DNA of 64,000 bases from assembly GCA_951406725.2 (NCBI GenBank), contig OX597821.1:59582001-59646000 (forward strand), read 5' to 3'. This document shows, piece by piece, positions 1 to 12,163 of the stretch (its first letter is position 1; the number at the start of each line of letters is the position of its first letter). This DNA comes from Octopus vulgaris. Taxonomy: Eukaryota. The translations under genes and the position numbers were made by a program. The notes below the pieces were generated by a model. The model made no database searches and was not told where the DNA came from. It saw only the letters and a list, made by a program, of their open reading frames with translations.

Positions 1-609
1 TAACAAATTAATCTCAACCATATTCACTTTAAAGCCACTTAAATCCCTTCTTCAAAGCTTGAAAATGTTTTCTGTATTCTTCAGTTAAATTAACAGAAGA
101 GGTTAATTCAAGGACACAATATCTTAATGAATATAACTGTACAATATAATGTGTAAGTGAGAAGTGACAGAACATTGAACACTTAACAAGAAAGCAAATT
201 AATCTAAGATACGTCATCATCCAGTGTTTTAAATCCGGGTTTTGTCCCCGTTAATGGGGGTGGCCAGATCTACCTTAATGCCATAGCAACTGAGGCAGGC
301 AGTTGCAGCCCAGCCCAACCTTTGGGCTGGCTGGTGCCCATTCTCCCTAGCAAACATGAGGCATTTCTGGAGCTGGATATTTTCTATGGGGTGCATGCCC
401 TTGCTTACCCCCAACATCAGTTTCTAGACAGGAGTGATCCTGAGACCAAGACCTCTACCATGATCTTTAAGAAACGTGGTGGATTTAAATTTTTAACACT
501 TTCAAGAAACTGACAGCCCTTACACATTCCCATATAAATTCAACATAACCACCTAAACCTTTTTATACAAATCTACCAAACAGACTAATTATACATCATT
601 ACTATAGAA

Positions 610-907
610 CAGGGATCGGAGAACTTTTTTAACCAATTACTCCAAAATATATTTATTTATGCCGATGTCACCCCTTGGTTTGAAAGGAAGAAAATTATAT
701 ATTCTTTGAATTCAAAAGGTTTATTGAATCAATTTATATGAATCCATTACATTGGACAGATGCAGGGTTGCCAGAAGAGAAATTTCTGTCATTACAAGGA
801 AAACGGTTTTTTATATAATTTTACTTATGTCTAATGAGTCCCCATTACCCACAAGAATTTCATTTTTACCCCACTTGGGGTAATTTACCCTGGTTTGCTG
901 ACCCCTG
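610..907. mobile_element. Non-autonomous hAT-like MITE
   Basis: Imperfect TIRs: CAGGGATCGGAGAAC and (rc) CAGGGGTCAGCAAAC. Flanks CTATAGAA (602-609) and CTATAGCA (908-915) give an 8-bp TSD with 1 mismatch. Confidence 0.75.
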
Positions 908-1252
908 CTATAGCACATCATTACTATGGTAAAAATATAATTTATAAAACAAAGCTCAAGAAACTATAAATGGTTTTATATCAAAATCTGGAAGATTGGA
1001 TATTATTTAATGATAATGGCTTCAATTTTTAGCACAGGGCTAGCAATTTTAGGGGAAGGAGGTATGTCATTGATATTGACCCCTGTGCTTGACTGATACT
1101 TTCTTTTTTTTTATCACCCCCCCCCCCACCGAGAGGATGAAAGGCAAAGCCAACATTCGTGCCATTTGAACTCAGCATGTTGGATAAAATGCTTAGCGAC
1201 GTTTTCCCAGCTCTTTATGATCTAACAATTCTGCCATCTTGCCACCTTTTCT

Positions 1253-1660
1253 TCATTATCATCCTTGTTTAATGTTTGCTTTCCATGCTGGCATAGGTTC
1301 GATGGTTTGACTGAGGGCTAGCGACCCAGGAGGCTCCAATCTGATCTGGAAATGTTTCTACAGCTGGATGCCCTTTCTAACGCCAACCACTCCAAAAGAG
1401 TAGTGGGTGCTTTTCATGTGTCACCAGCACAGGAGTCAGTCAGTGGGCACTGGCATCAAATACGTTCAGATGGTACATTTTATGTGCCACCAGCATGGAA
1501 GCCAGTCGGGTGGCACTAGCCATGGCTACGATTTCAATTTTACTTGACTCAACAGGTCTTCTCAAACATATCATATCGCTCGATGCTTCAAGGGTACTTT
1601 TAAAAGGGCTGATCATGCAACACTGGCATCGGCCAAGGCTGCAATCTCACTTTACTTGTT
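1253..1660 (-). mobile_element. Retroposon family C, with (GAT)n-type tail and internal ~50-bp subrepeats
   Basis: Homologous to copies at 23392, 30430, 32760, 39150 and 48751; shared motif TTTCCATGCTGGCAT...GTTTCTACAGCTGGATGCCC...GCCAACCACTCC. Confidence 0.75.
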
Positions 1661-2335
1661 GATAATGGTAATGAGAATGAAGATAATGATTAAGCTGATA
1701 ATAATGGTAATGAGAATGATGATGACGCTTAGATATTAGATTTTGATTGAATTTTTATGCCTGAGAGTGAGTCTAAAATGTAAGATAAAATTCAAAGTCA
1801 ACATGAATATTCAAGGATGTAAATGTGACCTAATCTACATTTAAAGCAGGAGGGAAAAAGATAAAACTTATGATGCTCTGGCTATGACCATACCATTTGG
1901 GGGGAGGGGGCATCGTGTATCTAGGGCTTTGTTATCCAATTTGTATTTTCATTTTCAAGAAAGTAGAGTGTGATTTGAGGGACATTTGAATGCTAGTTGT
2001 AGCAGGTTGAGTAACAATCATCTTGGAAGCATTGTGTTTTCAACCTGAAGTATCATCATGCAGTTTTTCCTATAGAAGACCCAAACATTATTTAAATTTC
2101 AAAAGGCAATCTTTTCTAATATAATTATTTATGAGATGTCAACAAAGCAAGCCAGTAAGAGTGCTGCTGGCTTGAAAGAAAGGTTGAAAAAAATCATTGA
2201 CATACTACTTAACATTATCTATTAGTGACAGAACCAAAAGTTAAACTCAAGTATCCACCTTGATCACAACAATTTCACAAGGAGCATTAGAAAACCAAAG
2301 ACATCATACAATAATAATAATAATAATAATGATAA

Positions 2336-2778
2336 GGTGCTACTTTGGTATGCAATCTATGTGTCATAAAACTGCTTTGGTATATGATCTACACTTTATA
2401 TTGTAATCTACAAGAAAAGCTATACTTAAAAAGAACAGTTTTTCTAGCTGATGTTCATTCGATTCACTGATAAAATTAGTAAATTTGTTTCAAATTTGCT
2501 TCATTCTAATTTCTTTTTAATAATAAATATATAAAAATTTTAATTATCTATTTTTTACTTTTCTAGCTGATGTTTCTTCGATTTGCCCATTTGTTTAATT
2601 TGCCGATAAAATTAGTAAACTTGTTTCAAATCTGCTTCATTTAAATTTTAAATAAACATATAAAAATGTTTTATATAAGCCATAATAAATAAATGAAACA
2701 TGTGGATCACATACTAAAAGTAGAATTTGACTCTTGTAGATCATGTTAGTTACATAGATCACATACCAAAGTAGCACC
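2336..2778. mobile_element. PIF/Harbinger (Tourist-like) MITE
   Basis: TIR GGTGCTACTTTGGTATG is perfect over 17 bp and extends imperfectly to ~27 bp. TAA on both sides (2333-2335, 2779-2781). Internal ~110-bp imperfect tandem duplication. Confidence 0.75.
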
Positions 2779-2780
2779 TA

Positions 2781-2987
2781 ATAATAATCCTTTCTACTAT
2801 AGGCACAAGGCCTGAAATGGTTGGGGAGGGAACTAGCTGATTACATCAATCCCAGTGTGTCACTGGTACTTAATCTATTGACCCCAACAGGATGAAAGGC
2901 AAATTTGAACTCAGAATGTAGAGACAGGTGAAATACCACTAAGCATTTCATCCAGCACGCTAACAATCCTACCAGCTCTCCACCTTA
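2781..2987 (-). mobile_element. SINE family B (older variant), tRNA-like head
   Basis: Reverse complement reads GGTGGAGAGCTGGTAGGATTG...GAGTTCAAATT (A/B-box-like), then CTTTCATCC...GGGGTCAATAG...AGTACCAG and an (ATT)n tail. Similar copies at ~1020-1247, 3085-3287, 11458-11639, 62553-63145. Confidence 0.75.
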
Positions 2988-3308
2988 ATCATCATCATCA
3001 TCATCATCATCGTTTAGCGTCCATTTTCCATGCTAGCATGGGTTGGACGGTTCTACTGGGGTTTGTGAAGCCAGAAGGCTTCATGGTTTAAATTTTGGCA
3101 CAAGGTCAGCAAGTTCAGGGAAGTGGGTAAGTCAAATGAGCCCAGTGCTCAACTGGTTTTATTGACTCTGAAAGGATAAAAGGCGAAATCAACCTTAGTG
3201 AAATTTGAACTCAGAACATGAAGACAGACAAAATGCTGCTAAGCATTTTGTCTGGCATGCTCTTGATTTTGCCAACTCACCACCTTAATAATAATAATCC
3301 TTTCTATA

Positions 3309-3712
3309 GGTGCAGGAGTGACTATATAGGCCACAGAAGTGGCTGTGTGGTAAGAAGCTTGCTTCCCAACCACATGGTTCCGGGTTCAGTCTCACTGTGT
3401 GGCACCTAGGGCAAGTGTCTTCTACTATAGCTTCGAGCTGACCAAAGCCTCGGGAATGGATTTGGTAGACAGAAAACTGAAAGAAGCCCATCATATGTGT
3501 GTATGTTCGTGTGTCTGTGTTTGCCCCTCCCCCCACCACCGCTTGACAACCGATGTTGGTGTGTTTACATCCCTGTAACTTAGCAGTTTGGCAAAAGAGA
3601 CTAATAGAATAAGTACTAGGCTTACAAAGAATGAGTTTTGGGGTTGATTTGTTTGGCTAAAGGCGGTGCTCCAGCATGGTCACAGTCAAATGACTGGAAC
3701 AAGTAAAAAGAG
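3309..3712 (+). mobile_element. SINE family A (tRNA-derived head, CCTTGGGCAAG CORE-like box, internal (TG)n)
   Basis: A box TGGCTGTGTGG, B box GGTTCAGTC, body GCAAGTGTCTTCTACTATAGC...GAAACTGAAAGAAGCCC, 3' end GACTGGAACAAGTAAAAAGAG. More than 15 homologous copies in the window. Confidence 0.85.
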
Positions 3713-4932
3713 TACCATAGGCACAAGGTCTGAGATTTTGGCAGTGGGACCAGTCAATTACATAGAGCCCAGTGCTCAGTTGGAATTATTTCATCAACCC
3801 TGAAAGGACGAAAGGCAAAGTTGACCTCAGTGGAATTTCCAAGAAGGAAACCTAACCATAGAAACTCTGCCTCGAATTTTGTCTTGTCTATGTAAGCATG
3901 GAAAAGTCGACATTAAAACAATGATGATGATGATGATATATATAACCTGTTGAAAGTATTCTTCATGCTTACAATCTAAATTCTATCTTAGCTGTATTGA
4001 AAACCCAGTCAACCTTTACTTTTAGTGTTACTGTAATGAGAAAATTTTTTATACGATACTGGTTTTACTGAATCACAATGAAAATCGACAACAAAAGAAT
4101 TAATTTTCAAGGTTCCTCTTAATTAAGCAAAGTTAACAATGTACATTCTATCTGAATGTGAATACAGTTTTCTACACACCTTTCCCAGTCACCTGGCCCG
4201 TTTTTCACACAACTTTTCAATGTCATGATCATTCGAAAGAAAGGTAACCCATAATGAATTCAAGGAAAGGGAGACATGTAGTTTATATTGTAAAATCTAC
4301 CAGTCTAGCAATCACTTAAAACAACAAGGTTGTATACGTGGATATCATCATCAGCATTTTAATGTCCACTTTTCCATGATTGGATGGGTCAAACATAGTT
4401 AATTGAGATGAATTTTTTTAAAGCTGCATGCTCTCCCTGTCACCACTCCTTACCTGTTTCCAGGCACAGTAATATTTCCCGCACAGCCATATATATTTTC
4501 GCAGAATATAAGAGGAAATGAATAAGATTTATTTACAAAAATCACACAATATCAAGACAAAGAGATGCAAACATAGACACACACACACACACACACAAGA
4601 TGGCTTTCCAGACAGTTCCTATCCACTCACAAGGCTTCTGTTGGCCTGGGGTTATAGTCAAAGACAGTTATCCAAAAGCATGATTCCTGGATTGAACAAG
4701 GCATTGTGTCATTAAACAAGGTGTTTCATTTCACATTCTTCCAATCTACTCACCCAGGTGCTGATGCAACCCTCTCTCCCCCTTAGCTGTCACAAGATTA
4801 ATGGGTGAGAGGGGGGGTACATGCTCATGATTGTATGGGTACCTAAAACGGTTAGCAAAAGTAGGGTGTGTGCTATCAAATCATGCTCACTCACAAGTGA
4901 TGCCTGAAATTTGTATAAGAGAAAACCTTTCG

Positions 4933-5295
4933 CCTTTTACTCGTTTCAGTTACTGGACTGTGGCCATGCCGGAGCACCACCTTCAAGGGTTTAGTTGAAC
5001 AAATTGACCCCAGTACATATTCTATCAGTTTCTTTTACCGAATTGCTAAGTCAAAGAGATGTAAACAAACTGACACCAGTTGTCAAATGGTTAGGGAGAC
5101 AAACACAATCACAAAGACACACACACACACACACAAAGTAAGCTTCTGCACAGTTTCTGTCGACCAAATTTACTCACAATGCATTAGTTGTCTCAGGGCT
5201 ATACTAAAAGACACTTGCCTAAGGGGTCACACAGTGGGATTGAATCAGAAAGCACATGGTTGCAACACAAGCTTCTTAACCACGCAGCCATGCCA
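4933..5295 (-). mobile_element. SINE family A, diverged
   Basis: Reverse-complement homology to 3309-3712 over its length. Confidence 0.75.
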
Positions 5296-5692
5296 GCACT
5301 TGGTTACAATTCTTACACAAGTCTTTAGTTTGGTTTCATTACTCAAATTCTTGTCATCAAAGATTCATGTTTTATCTTGGTAAGAAAAATAATCTCCAGT
5401 CGGGGGAATCACATATTAAATATCTTTATCAATAATAATCTAGAAAATAAACTTTCATGTTTTAGGTCACATTGACGCAATTCACCCTGCAACGTATGAC
5501 CTTGTTGCAGCTGATATGTTATGAAGTTTTGACATACGTCTCAGTGAATGCAGCTGTTTGCAAATGGACAAGTTCACAACTGAGCTTATATGTTTGTCAT
5601 CTTTTGACTTGGTGCAGTCCTTGGACTGTGGCTATGCTGGGGCATCACCTTGGAGTGCTTATTCAAGCAACTCAACCCCTTATACTCTCTGT

Positions 5693-6100
5693 TACTCTTT
5701 TATTTGTTTCAGTCATTTGACTGTGGCCATGCTGGAGCACCACCTTTAGTTGAGCAAATTGACCCCAGGACTTATTCTTTGTAAGCCTAGTACTTATTGT
5801 ATTGGTCTCTTTTGCCAAACTGCTAAGTTACAGGGACGTAAACACACTAGCATCAGTTGTCAAGCAATGTTGGGGGAACAAACACAGACACACACACACA
5901 TATATTATTGTTATTTTAATATTTCTATTATATGTAATTTTCTAGATGGTGGAATTTAATTGTTCTTTTTGAATTGATAAAAGGTGGGTTTTTTCTAATT
6001 TTTATATATATATATATATATTATATTTTGTGAAATTTGATTTAGTATTTCTAAATTGAATTTTTCCTTGTAAATTAGGAATAATATTCCCTAAAATAAT

Positions 6101-6140
<40 letters not shown>

Positions 6141-6297
6141 CGGGCTTCTTTTAGTTTCTGTCTAACAAATCCACTCACAAGGCTTTGATCGGCCCAAGGC
6201 TATAGTAGAAGACACTTGCCCAAGGTGCCACGCAGTGAGACTGAACCCAAAACCATGTGGTTCGTAAGCAAGTTACTTACCACACAGTCACCCCTAC
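5693..6297 (-). mobile_element. SINE family A with expanded central (TA)n carrying extra AT-rich inserts
   Basis: Both halves match family A; 5900-6138 has two unrelated AT-rich blocks between (TA)n tracts. Confidence 0.8.
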
Positions 6298-9200
6298 TTT
6301 TTTTTTTTTTTTAGAGTCTGGTACTTATTCTATCAGTCTATTTTACTGAACTGCTAAATTACAGGGACATAAACATAGCAAAATTGATTGCCAAGCAGTA
6401 GAGTAGGTACAAATAAGAAAAGACTTACTCACACACACATACACACACACACATACAAGGCTCCAAAACAGTTTACATCTACCAAATTTACTCAGTGTTT
6501 TGGTCAAACTGGGAATAAAATAGAAGACATCGGTCCAAGGTGCTGCACAGTGGGACTAAACCTAAAACCACATGGTTGCAAAATGAATTTCATAACCACA
6601 CAGACATGCCCGCATCTAGTGCAGCAATATCCCAGATGGCAGTACTTCTTTGTTAATAACTGTCTATCTATATTTTCATCAAAGTTGTACAAAATAGGTA
6701 ATAATAGAGCCTCCAGAAAATCACTTGACTTGCTGGAAATTGCAGCCAACTCTCCACCAAATTACACTTCCAGTCTTGACACATCAGATAATATAGTGTT
6801 GCATATTTCTAAAATGATGGGGTGGTCAGGACTAGAATACCCTTCACCAAATGTTACCAGACCAGTGTTGACGTTATGCTAAGCAATAACAACCAACTGA
6901 GTTTGAAAATTCATCAGTTGCTAATTTATAACAAATATCTGAAACTGTCATAACATCATAAAGAGAAGATAAGATAAAGTTCAGAACTTGACACCTATTG
7001 TAGTCTTTCAAAATCAAAACATTATCATTTAACGTCCATTTACCATGCTAGTATGGATCGGACAGTTTGATAGGATCCAACAAGCTGCAGGACTACATCA
7101 AGCTCCAGTGTCAGCTTCAGTATGGTTTCTATGTTTGAATGCCTTTCCTAATGCCAACCACCTTAAAGTGTGTACTGGGTGCCTTTTTCTTGATACCAGC
7201 ACTACTGAGGTTGCCAAAATAAGGAATAGAAAATGGAAGAGTCCCGACTGAGTAGGGTGTGTACTTGAAGGAGCAGGAAGATGGCTTTATGCAAGGTGAT
7301 GAGAGGCTAAAGTATGACTGAGGAACAAGCATAGGTGTCTTACTATGGAGAAGATACATGGCTACCCTATGTTATTTGCAGGTGAGTGAGAGTAGCTGAA
7401 AAGCAGAGATGATGGCAACAAGATGTTAGAGCAAAACAAGGTACAAGAAGGTGAGTATAAGAGAGAATATGGACAATTGATCAGGGAATGAAGAGAGGGT
7501 AGTCTTTCACTTAGATTTTTACGGCTCACATACATTGGAGGCTTATAAGCAGATGTATGCATTTCGATATAAGTTTTAAGCGCATAGAGTATAAAGAAGA
7601 ACATTTAATATTGTAATTTAAGGAATCTTATGATCTGTATGAGCATAAAATAGTTTCATAAAGTATATTTCAATGTACAGTGGAATGAGAATTCTAACAT
7701 TTCAAACTGGACCCTTTTTCAGGTTTTTTTTTTTTCACAATACACTGACATTATCCACCCCTTCTTTTAAATGTTATATATATCATGTATATTAGATCCA
7801 TGCATATATTTTAGTAAAATTGTATGTTGAAAGCTCTGTTTTTTTGGTTTGTTTGAGGAAAGAAGGATATGTGATATTGCATAAACAAAGAATGTAAGAG
7901 AAAAAATGTTGGCACTGTATACATCAACAAGTTAGTTTGGCACAAAAACCATTAACTGTTCTCACTGCTCTTCCATACTCTGCTACTAAACCTCAAAGAT
8001 GAGTAAAGTTAAATGGTTTGGCCCTGACATGCTATAAAACCAGCGACAGTGTACCTACCAGCTTATGACTACCATTAAGAGACTACCACAATTCAAATGA
8101 CATTAAAATTTCCTTCTAACATCACAAGGTCACTACAATACCTTATATTGAAACAATGCACCCAGTATACACTTTAGGAAGGGCATCATGCAGTAAAAAC
8201 CGTGACAAACAGACACTGAATCACAATGCAGTCCTTGGGCCTTTGTCCAACTCATGCTAGCATGGAATACAGATGTTAAATAATGATGATTGTTATACCA
8301 ATATATATTTAGTAGGTTGTTCCCATAAAAATACTAGTTAAACTGTAACTTTCTAATTAATTATCAATAAGACAGCCAAAATATAATCAAAAGTAGGCAT
8401 TCTCGAAAACTGAATAACAATAACTTCAATATAATCAACAGAGTATTTATTTTTGGTGTGTGTTTAACAACAATCTTTCGTTTCCTTTTTTTTTTTTCTC
8501 TTCAACTACTGACTCCATTCTGATAAATATAACTCAGTTATCAATATTTTGCGTATACACTTTACAATACTATCGATGTTATACACTAAAGAGTGTCAAC
8601 AATTTACTTTGGAAAAAAAATGGTTAAACTCAAAATATTGGATTTTCACAAAAATAAAATAAAAATATTATTTCAACACATGGTTTCACATCAGGAAACT
8701 TGCAAAACAAATGTATCAATTCTATTCCATTTATTTTTAACTTTATCAATTTCCTAAATATCCATGTACAAATTTCCTTTTTAAGTAAGAGGTAATTAAT
8801 TAATAAAAAAAATTTTCTGAGAGTCATTCAGAAGTGTATAAGTAACCGACTAATATATGATGTTTGGGAGAAAATTTGATGAGTGAGTGATGACTCATAC
8901 CCACACAGGCACGAAGACAAGGAGAAACTGTATGGTGCCCTCAAAATTCTAGATAATAAAGTTGAAACAGAAAACAATTTTGATAAGAAAGTTGAGAAAT
9001 TTAAAAGAGGCTTATTATTGATACGAGTTATATCGAAGGAACGCTATAAAATTAATTGATTTTTGAATAGTGGTCACTGGCGTAGATTAACTCTATTAAG
9101 AAGGTTAAAAGCAAATATTTAGAGTAGAAAATTAATAGTTCTGTTGTTAATTTGATTAAAAACGTGAAAAACTTTAAGTGATAGTAAACATCCAACGGAA

Positions 9201-9559
9201 TCGTTAGATGAGTGGCATTTATTTGACTTTGGTGTTATTAAACAAACAAAATAATTGGAGTGGAGGAAAAATAACCTGGTAACTAATATCATAAAACTTC
9301 TCAGCCTAAGAAAACCAACAGAGAAGACATCAAAAACTTTTTCGATCGCTGAAGACAGTCTTCATCCAAGTGATATATGATCAAAGGCATTCCAGCCGAG
9401 ACCATCCCACCATTTCTGTTCAGACAGTGTATACTAGGACACATTATCCAATATATTGTTTTATTTTCATGGTATCATTTGACACCATAAAAATAAACAG
9501 GTCTATATAGAGGCCCCTATTTTCTATCTCAAAGCCTTCCCTCCCACGTCTAGTTTGGT

Positions 9560-11240
9560 GAATCGGTGTCAGTTATCTGCTTCAAAGATCTTTTATTCTA
9601 AAAGTGATAATATATGAGAAACGATCTTGCTTCCTCAATATAAATCTGGTTTTTCTTGCTACACACACAAGGATACATTGTTTAAACTAACTTTGTTTTA
9701 CGGTGATACCGGTTTTAACATGTACAAATATTTTTATTAGCAATTATACAACTATTATATATATTAACAAAAAAATCTAACACATCCGAAATACAATAAG
9801 CAGTATTTTTAACCTTGACGAATGATTTGTGAATGATGTGTATGTGTGAGTGAGAGAATGAAAGAGAGGAGTGCAGAGGAAGAAAGAGAGGGGTGCAGAG
9901 AGAGAAAGAGAGGGGTGTAGACAAATAGGAAGACAGAGGGACAGAGAGAGAGGCGCACAGGGAGTGAGAGAAAGAAACGATGTATAAACTTAGGAACTTT
10001 TTACGATATAGTTTTGGAGTTTCTTTTTCGACTGTATGAAAAATATAAATATAATAGTATCTGGAATCTAAGATTCTCGAGAACGAAACAAAACAGAACT
10101 ATAGTTAGAAGATGATTAAACTTTCTACAACATAATTGTGTAATCAGAATAAACATATAAATATATCAAACAGAAATATCTAACCTGTAAGGAATGGTGG
10201 GTCGGTTCCAAACAGCAACAGTGAGACTTAGTTCTTTTAAAGACATCGAGACGTTTAGCTGGCCCCACTATGCCATGGTAATCCAGCTCAATCGTATAAG
10301 GATGAAACTATAGTTACAACTTATTGTTCCAGCGGGGAAAAATCATCGTTGTAACAACAAGTAACAAACAGTAAGGAGTGAAAACTTTGAACGAAGTTTA
10401 AAAAAAAAAAAAAGAAAGGAATCGGTTTCTAAAAACGAACTGAAAGTTTTTATAAGTTTATATCGCTCGACATGACTTCTAAACCACGCCAAACTTGCAG
10501 TGATGGTTATGATGGTGAGAATGAAGGGGAAAAAGAGATGTAGGCGAAGTAGGAGTGTCGAGGAAATAGAAAGAGAGTAAGTGAATGAAGAGAGTGAAAT
10601 ATAAGCCTCCCCTACAACCTCTACCGCCAAATTATCGCTTTACAGCCTCATGACGATAGTGGGTTATTAAAAGAGATTCTGAAACAGCTGGTGCGCGCGG
10701 CTAAATTAGAGTGCTTTCCCTTTCTAGAGAGGAAGCTAAATTTATATTTTACTCACTCGAGTTGTTGTCTATGTGCGGCAGTCAGTGGGGAAACAAACAA
10801 AAAAGACATAAACAAGAGCCTATTCTGTTTCCCCTAGATTCCCAGATCGTAATGAACGTTTGTGTAAACCAAAAAAGGTTCACATGCTGTGAGTCAGCGA
10901 AGAGAAAGCGAGATTAAGCACACGCACCAGGAAAATAAAAAGAGAAAGAATATTTAAAGAAGTTTTTTCTTAATGCTCTTTGTAAGAGAAACTGCAGATG
11001 TTTCCAGTTAAAGCACCATTGAAATTAATTATGTTGAAATTGTTTAATTAGAGAAAATAACATTTATACTATTAAATGAACCTGTTTATGATTACATTAT
11101 ATTAACAATGTGTTTTAAAGGAAGGTAGATTTATGCGTTGTGAGCGAAGGTGAGTTCTAACATTTTGGGTAGGGATCTATTTAACCTTGAAACACACTTC
11201 TTCGAAGGGTTTGAACCGAAACATAAGGACTCATCTGTCT
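9560..11240. promoter_or_regulatory. Candidate promoter/TSS region, possibly bidirectional
   Basis: Free of SINEs and visibly richer in CpG than the rest of the window (ATCGCTCGAC, CCACGCC, GTGCGCGCGG), with purine-rich GA tracts. Outward-facing donors: CAG/GTTAGA on minus at 10185 and AAG/GTGAGT on plus at 11149/11150. Confidence 0.4.
10185..10246 (-). CDS. Putative first coding exon of an unidentified gene (MSLKELSLTVAVWNRPTIPY, phase 2)
   Basis: ATG at 10246-10244 and an open frame to a CAG/GTTAGA donor, inside the CpG-rich region. No downstream exon or homology established. Confidence 0.25.
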
Positions 11241-11248
11241 TCACAATA

Positions 11249-11383
11249 TGTCCCAAAAGTTCGTAAACACTTGCGAAAATTGAATTTTTACTCGACAAGT
11301 ACTAACAAAAACAACAAAAATTATTCCTCAAAATAAAGACCATTATTTTCCAAGACTTTCTACGAACTTTTGGGACAACCTTA
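11249..11383. mobile_element. Short Tc1/mariner-like MITE (left TIR clipped)
   Basis: Perfect 17-bp inverted repeat TGTCCCAAAAGTTCGTA (11249-11265) / TACGAACTTTTGGGACA (11361-11377); the right end continues ACCTTATA. Confidence 0.6.
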
Positions 11384-11676
11384 TATTATTTTGCAAATAT
11401 AACAAGATTTACTACATTAAGAAGGCAACAGGTACAGTGGCTAATTACCACTGAAAATAATCCTTTCTATTATAGGCACGACGCCTGAAGTTTTAGTGGG
11501 GGGGGGGTTAATAGGTCATCATCGACACTGATAGATGAAAAGTAAAGTCAAACTCGGCGGTGTATGAACTCAGAACACAAAGACAGGCGAAATGCCGCTA
11601 AACGTCTCGCCCGGCGCGCTAACGCCAGCTCGCCGCCTTGCCGAGAGTAATGAAAATAGTGATTGAAGCGTTGATA

Positions 11677-12163
11677 TGCTTATGTGGTTAAGAAGCTCCC
11701 TTTGCATCCACATGGTTTTGAGTTCAGTCCCACTGCACTGCACTTCGGGCAAGTGTTTCTTACTCTTGGCCCGAACCGACCAATGCCTTGTGAGTGGTGA
11801 AATTTGGTAGCTAGAAACTGTGCGGAAACCCGTCGTGTGTATGTGTGTACGTATATGTGTATGGGTACTTTTTTTTATTGGAGAGATATCCCAAATTTTT
11901 AATGGTAATTTTTTAAAAATAGGGGTGAGATAACCAAAAAGTACCAGAACGGTACCTCTGTATGTATGTATTCCCCCTCTCCCACCCATCTACCGCTTGA
12001 TAACCGGTGTTGCTTTGTTTACCAGTTCCTCGAAAAGAGAGCCGATAAAATAAGTACCAGGCTTAAAAAATAATTGCTGAGCTAAATTTGTTTCTAAACT
12101 CTTGAAAGACAATGCCTTAGCATGGTTACAGTCCAATGACTGAAACAAGTAAAAGATGAAAGA
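11677..12163 (+). mobile_element. SINE family A
   Basis: Head, body and 3' end GACTGAAACAAGTAAAAGA present, with an internal insert at ~11865-11960. Confidence 0.75.

Noticed and set aside
17-136. Possible minus-strand exon (TACAG acceptor, ATG/GTTGAG donor)
   Set aside because: All frames contain stops before the donor. It could be UTR, but nothing supports that.
222-500. GC-richer block with a 9-bp hairpin (310-330) and weak inverted ends
   Set aside because: TIRs are too degenerate and there is no TSD; probably an old MITE, but unsupported.
8907-9059. Charged open frame RHEDKEKLYGALKILDNK...
   Set aside because: Short, with no recognisable motif or splice signals.
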